Positions 54,915 through 64,000 of a stretch of DNA of 64,000 nucleotides are shown one piece after another; the stretch's first letter is position 1; the number at the start of each line of letters is the position of its first letter. The notes beneath the pieces are model-generated. The model was not told where the DNA came from and made no database searches. It saw nothing but the letters and a program-made list of their open reading frames with translations. This DNA is from Amoebidium appalachense. Taxonomy: Eukaryota > Protista > Ichthyosporea. Location: the NCBI GenBank assembly GCA_963693365.1, contig CAVNZM010000004.1, positions 12,180,468 to 12,244,467 of the forward strand. The letters run 5' to 3'. Position numbers and translations under genes: made by a program.

Positions 54915-55534
54915 GACCGGGAACCATGCCCCCTTTTTCCTTTTTCAAGTTTTAAGCCTAGCCAGCGCCCTGAGACCCTCCCTCCCCAACCATCCATAAT
55001 GTGATAACCCCCCCCCCCCCCCCCCCCTCCCCCTCCATCCCCCCTTCCCCCCCCCCCCCCCCCCTTCCCCCCTCCCCCCTCCGCCCCTCCCTCCCCTCCT
55101 CCCCCACCCACCCACCCACCCACGCACCTGGCTCAGCAGCAACTGCACACGCACACACATGCACCTCAGTGCAACCATATCTGATCGTGTCCCCCCCCCT
55201 CCCCCCCTTCCCTCTCTCCCCTCCCCTTCCCTCTTCTCCCCCCCCCCCCCCCCCCCCCCCCTCTTCCCTCCCCCTCCCCCCCCCCCCAAAAAAAAAAAAA
55301 AAAAAAAAAAAGGCCATGCTGCCGCATGCGGTTCACTACAACTGGCTGCTGGGGACACACTTTGTGCTCATGGAGATGCCCAGTAGTGTGCTTCCCGTCG
55401 TGGAGAATTTCATCTTGGAACCCCCTGAGTTTTCTGGGTGTGAAGAAAGTAACTTACCAGCGAATTCCAAGCGACACGACATTTCAAACGGTCATGTTGA
55501 TGTCAGGGGGGTCCAGCCAGCCCAGGGGGCCTGA
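50493..55534 (+). CDS. Alpha/beta-fold hydrolase with N-terminal hydrophobic anchor; exons 50493-51100, 52345-52525, 53687-53926, 54498-54725, 55313-55534
   Basis: FVARDGIKLKY, LLFSNGVG, WDYRGLHGS, nucleophile GWSTG, YPDRLSRLVL, acid LDMMTP, His GTHFVLME; all splice phases consistent. Confidence 0.9.
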
Positions 55535-55963
55535 TTCGTATCATGTCGGTTGTGTGTGTTTAGCTGATAGTAGCAAGGGGATCGCTTAGTGACTTCCCAA
55601 TTGTGGCTGTTGTGGAGGTGCACGTAAGCATCACGATCAGTTTCTTGTTTTATATTCCCCTTTTTTTTTTCCTTATGAGGGGGGGGAAAAAAGGAGGGGG
55701 GGGGAGGGGGGAGGGGGGGGGACAGGCCATGGCAATGTTTCATACCATACCATCCTTGAACAAGTCATAAATATTAATGCTGGCGGCATAGCCGCTCTTC
55801 AGCTATTGCCAAATGCACAGGCCCTACGTTTAGTGATGGTTGGGTCGGATATCAATGGAATACTCACTCATTAAAGATTTGAGTCGCTGTGGATCATATC
55901 AAAGTTTGGTATGTTTAAATGACTCCCATGACCTGGCTCCATATTTGCCACGCGATCTTCAAG

Positions 55964-56003
<40 letters not shown>

Positions 56004-57087
56004 CCACCACCACCACCATGAAAAGACCCACTTAGCGGCCTTCAGCTTGCGCACATGGCGCAGGTATCAGTGGTATGCCGTATATTATTTGTGTTGATGT
56101 GCCTTGTGCACGTAGTGTCACGTACATCCCATACATGCGCGCATGTGCACGTGTAAGATGTGTAATATTATTATGTGTGTGTATATCATAAGAGTCGAGT
56201 ACATGAAGTTATGTGCACATGTACAGCGTGCATCCATGCAAGTACGTGCGAAATGTGTGTTTCATGAGTCAAGCTACTAGTACGTACGTTACCACAGGTG
56301 CGTATATAGTACATGCATACGGTAAGTTAAACCTGCATATCTGTGCACGTGACCTGTATGTGTGACACGGATGCACGTGTATCGTGCGTGGTTGTGGACT
56401 AGGTGCCAGTGGCCGATGGGAGTGGTTTTGCACGTGACGGCTACAGTGAACCACATGCAAGGGGGAGGGGGTCGATGTAATCATAGTATTCGTGGCAAAG
56501 ATGGGTCTGGAAAGACACTCTTCAACTCAAAAAACACTGAGCCCATCATCAGGGGAACTGACCCCCGGGGGTCCATGGGTGTACCATATTGAGGTGGTCT
56601 GTTAATAATGTATACCGGATAGGTCTACAATCATATCACATGGCAAGGGTGTACACCGTACAGCAGCCTGAATTTGTCACTGGTTGCAAGTGGGTGCAGC
56701 AACGAAGGTCTTATTTAGACCAGAACTCAGTCCTGGATGGGTGTATTTCAGACTGATATGTGGTCTGAGTGGTGCTGCTTCCACATTACTGTATATAGTA
56801 ATTAAGCCCTACGGCATGAACAGGCACAACCCGCTCTGAATCAGTGTGTTCACATTTCACAGTCGTTCTAACCCAGTTGAACGGAAATTATTGGTTTCAT
56901 ACTACAACAAGAAGAGTCTGTAAATATAACAAGTAGAAGTACAAAGTGGAAATTTGAATTTCCATGTTCTCGAAAATTGATTCCTTCGTTCGTAAATAGC
57001 AGGTTATGATAATATATATGAAAAAGCGAAAAACACTATCGAGTTCAAAATATGAATTGGCCAAAGAAGAAAGTGGATGACTAGACT

Positions 57088-57305
57088 AAATGGCATATCC
57101 ATATCATAGTTGTCTATTGGCATATCCACTAGCGGTAAAACTCAACCATTGGCATATCCACTCATGGTATATCCACAACTAGTGGGATGTCCAAACAATA
57201 GAAACCGCAACAACCACCTCCATATGAGGAGCAGCATAGATACGATACACAAAACAGAGAGAATTAATCTAACATAGAGGGCATTTACCTAACATAGAGG
57301 GCAAA
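57088..57305. repeat. Short direct repeats: TGGCATATCCA x3 (plus a variant) and CTAACATAGAGGGCA x2
   Basis: Directly visible in the intergenic region between convergent genes. Confidence 0.6.
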
Positions 57306-57874
57306 TGGTACTAACCTAAAAAAGAGGCCTGAGATAATTAACAGATGCCAGATGGCATTCACCTAATGCAGAGGTGCGAACTTGATATTTGGTACAATAA
57401 GGAGTGCCCACAGCACCACCGAGCGATATTCAGACATAGTTATTATAAGTGCTAAAAACACACACAAAGAACAACCTTCAACACACAAAACTACACAGTC
57501 ACCCCCACCCTTCAAAAAAATAATATTATAATGATTCAGATGAATACTGTACAAATCATTTATTATTATCATAATATAACATATATACAAAACAGTTGCG
57601 CGATTGCCAAATATATGCAAGCGATGGTTATAACCGACAAACACATTAACACCCACGAGCCCTTTGACCAACATACACAGGAGTTTAAAGAAAGTCTTTG
57701 CAGAACGAAAATTGTCGGTTAAAAGTTTACGGGGTGCTTAGACAGGAAAAGCTGTTGGCAGTGGCTAAAAAAGGGGAAAGAAAAGGGGGGGAAGGGAGGG
57801 GAGGGGGGAGGGGGGAGGGGGGAGGGGGTTTGAAGGAGGGGGGGGGGGGGGGGGGAGGGGGGGGGGGGGGGGTG

Positions 57875-63955
<6,081 letters not shown>

Positions 63956-64000
63956 CCTACACTCTTCCATAATGGTTTGTGGTTCAGTTTACTCCCCCCC

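Noticed and set aside
57088-57190. CRISPR-like repeat-spacer pattern (TGGCATATCCA)
   Set aside because: Repeats are only 11 bp, context is eukaryotic, and no cas genes are present.

Overview
Eukaryotic, intron-rich genomic window (GT-AG introns packed with poly-C/poly-G and (CA)n/(TG)n tracts). Gene content suggests an opisthokont, probably a unicellular holozoan (inference). Most six-frame ORFs are microsatellite artefacts. By manual splicing I reconstruct: the 3' end of a PWWP/HDGF-like gene; a 16-exon Tip60/KAT5 (Esa1) MYST acetyltransferase with an intronic tRNA-Gly(GCC); a large multi-pass membrane class-3 lipase (minus strand); a two-exon gene whose core resembles a transposase DNA-binding region with no catalytic domain; a possible FAMeT-like gene; an alpha/beta hydrolase; and the 3' part of a phosphoinositide phospholipase C. 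Most unusual: (1) a LINE-type reverse transcriptase remnant enclosed by long inverted repeats with both copies of its 3' end facing outward (45040-47798), with insertions of a second, poly-A-tailed retroelement inside and beside it; (2) a dispersed ~250-nt intronic repeat family with compensatory base pairing, always sense to the host gene and followed by poly-C; (3) mirror-image C/(CA) versus (TG)/G tracts at the two ends of many introns. Some coding indels are probably assembly errors.
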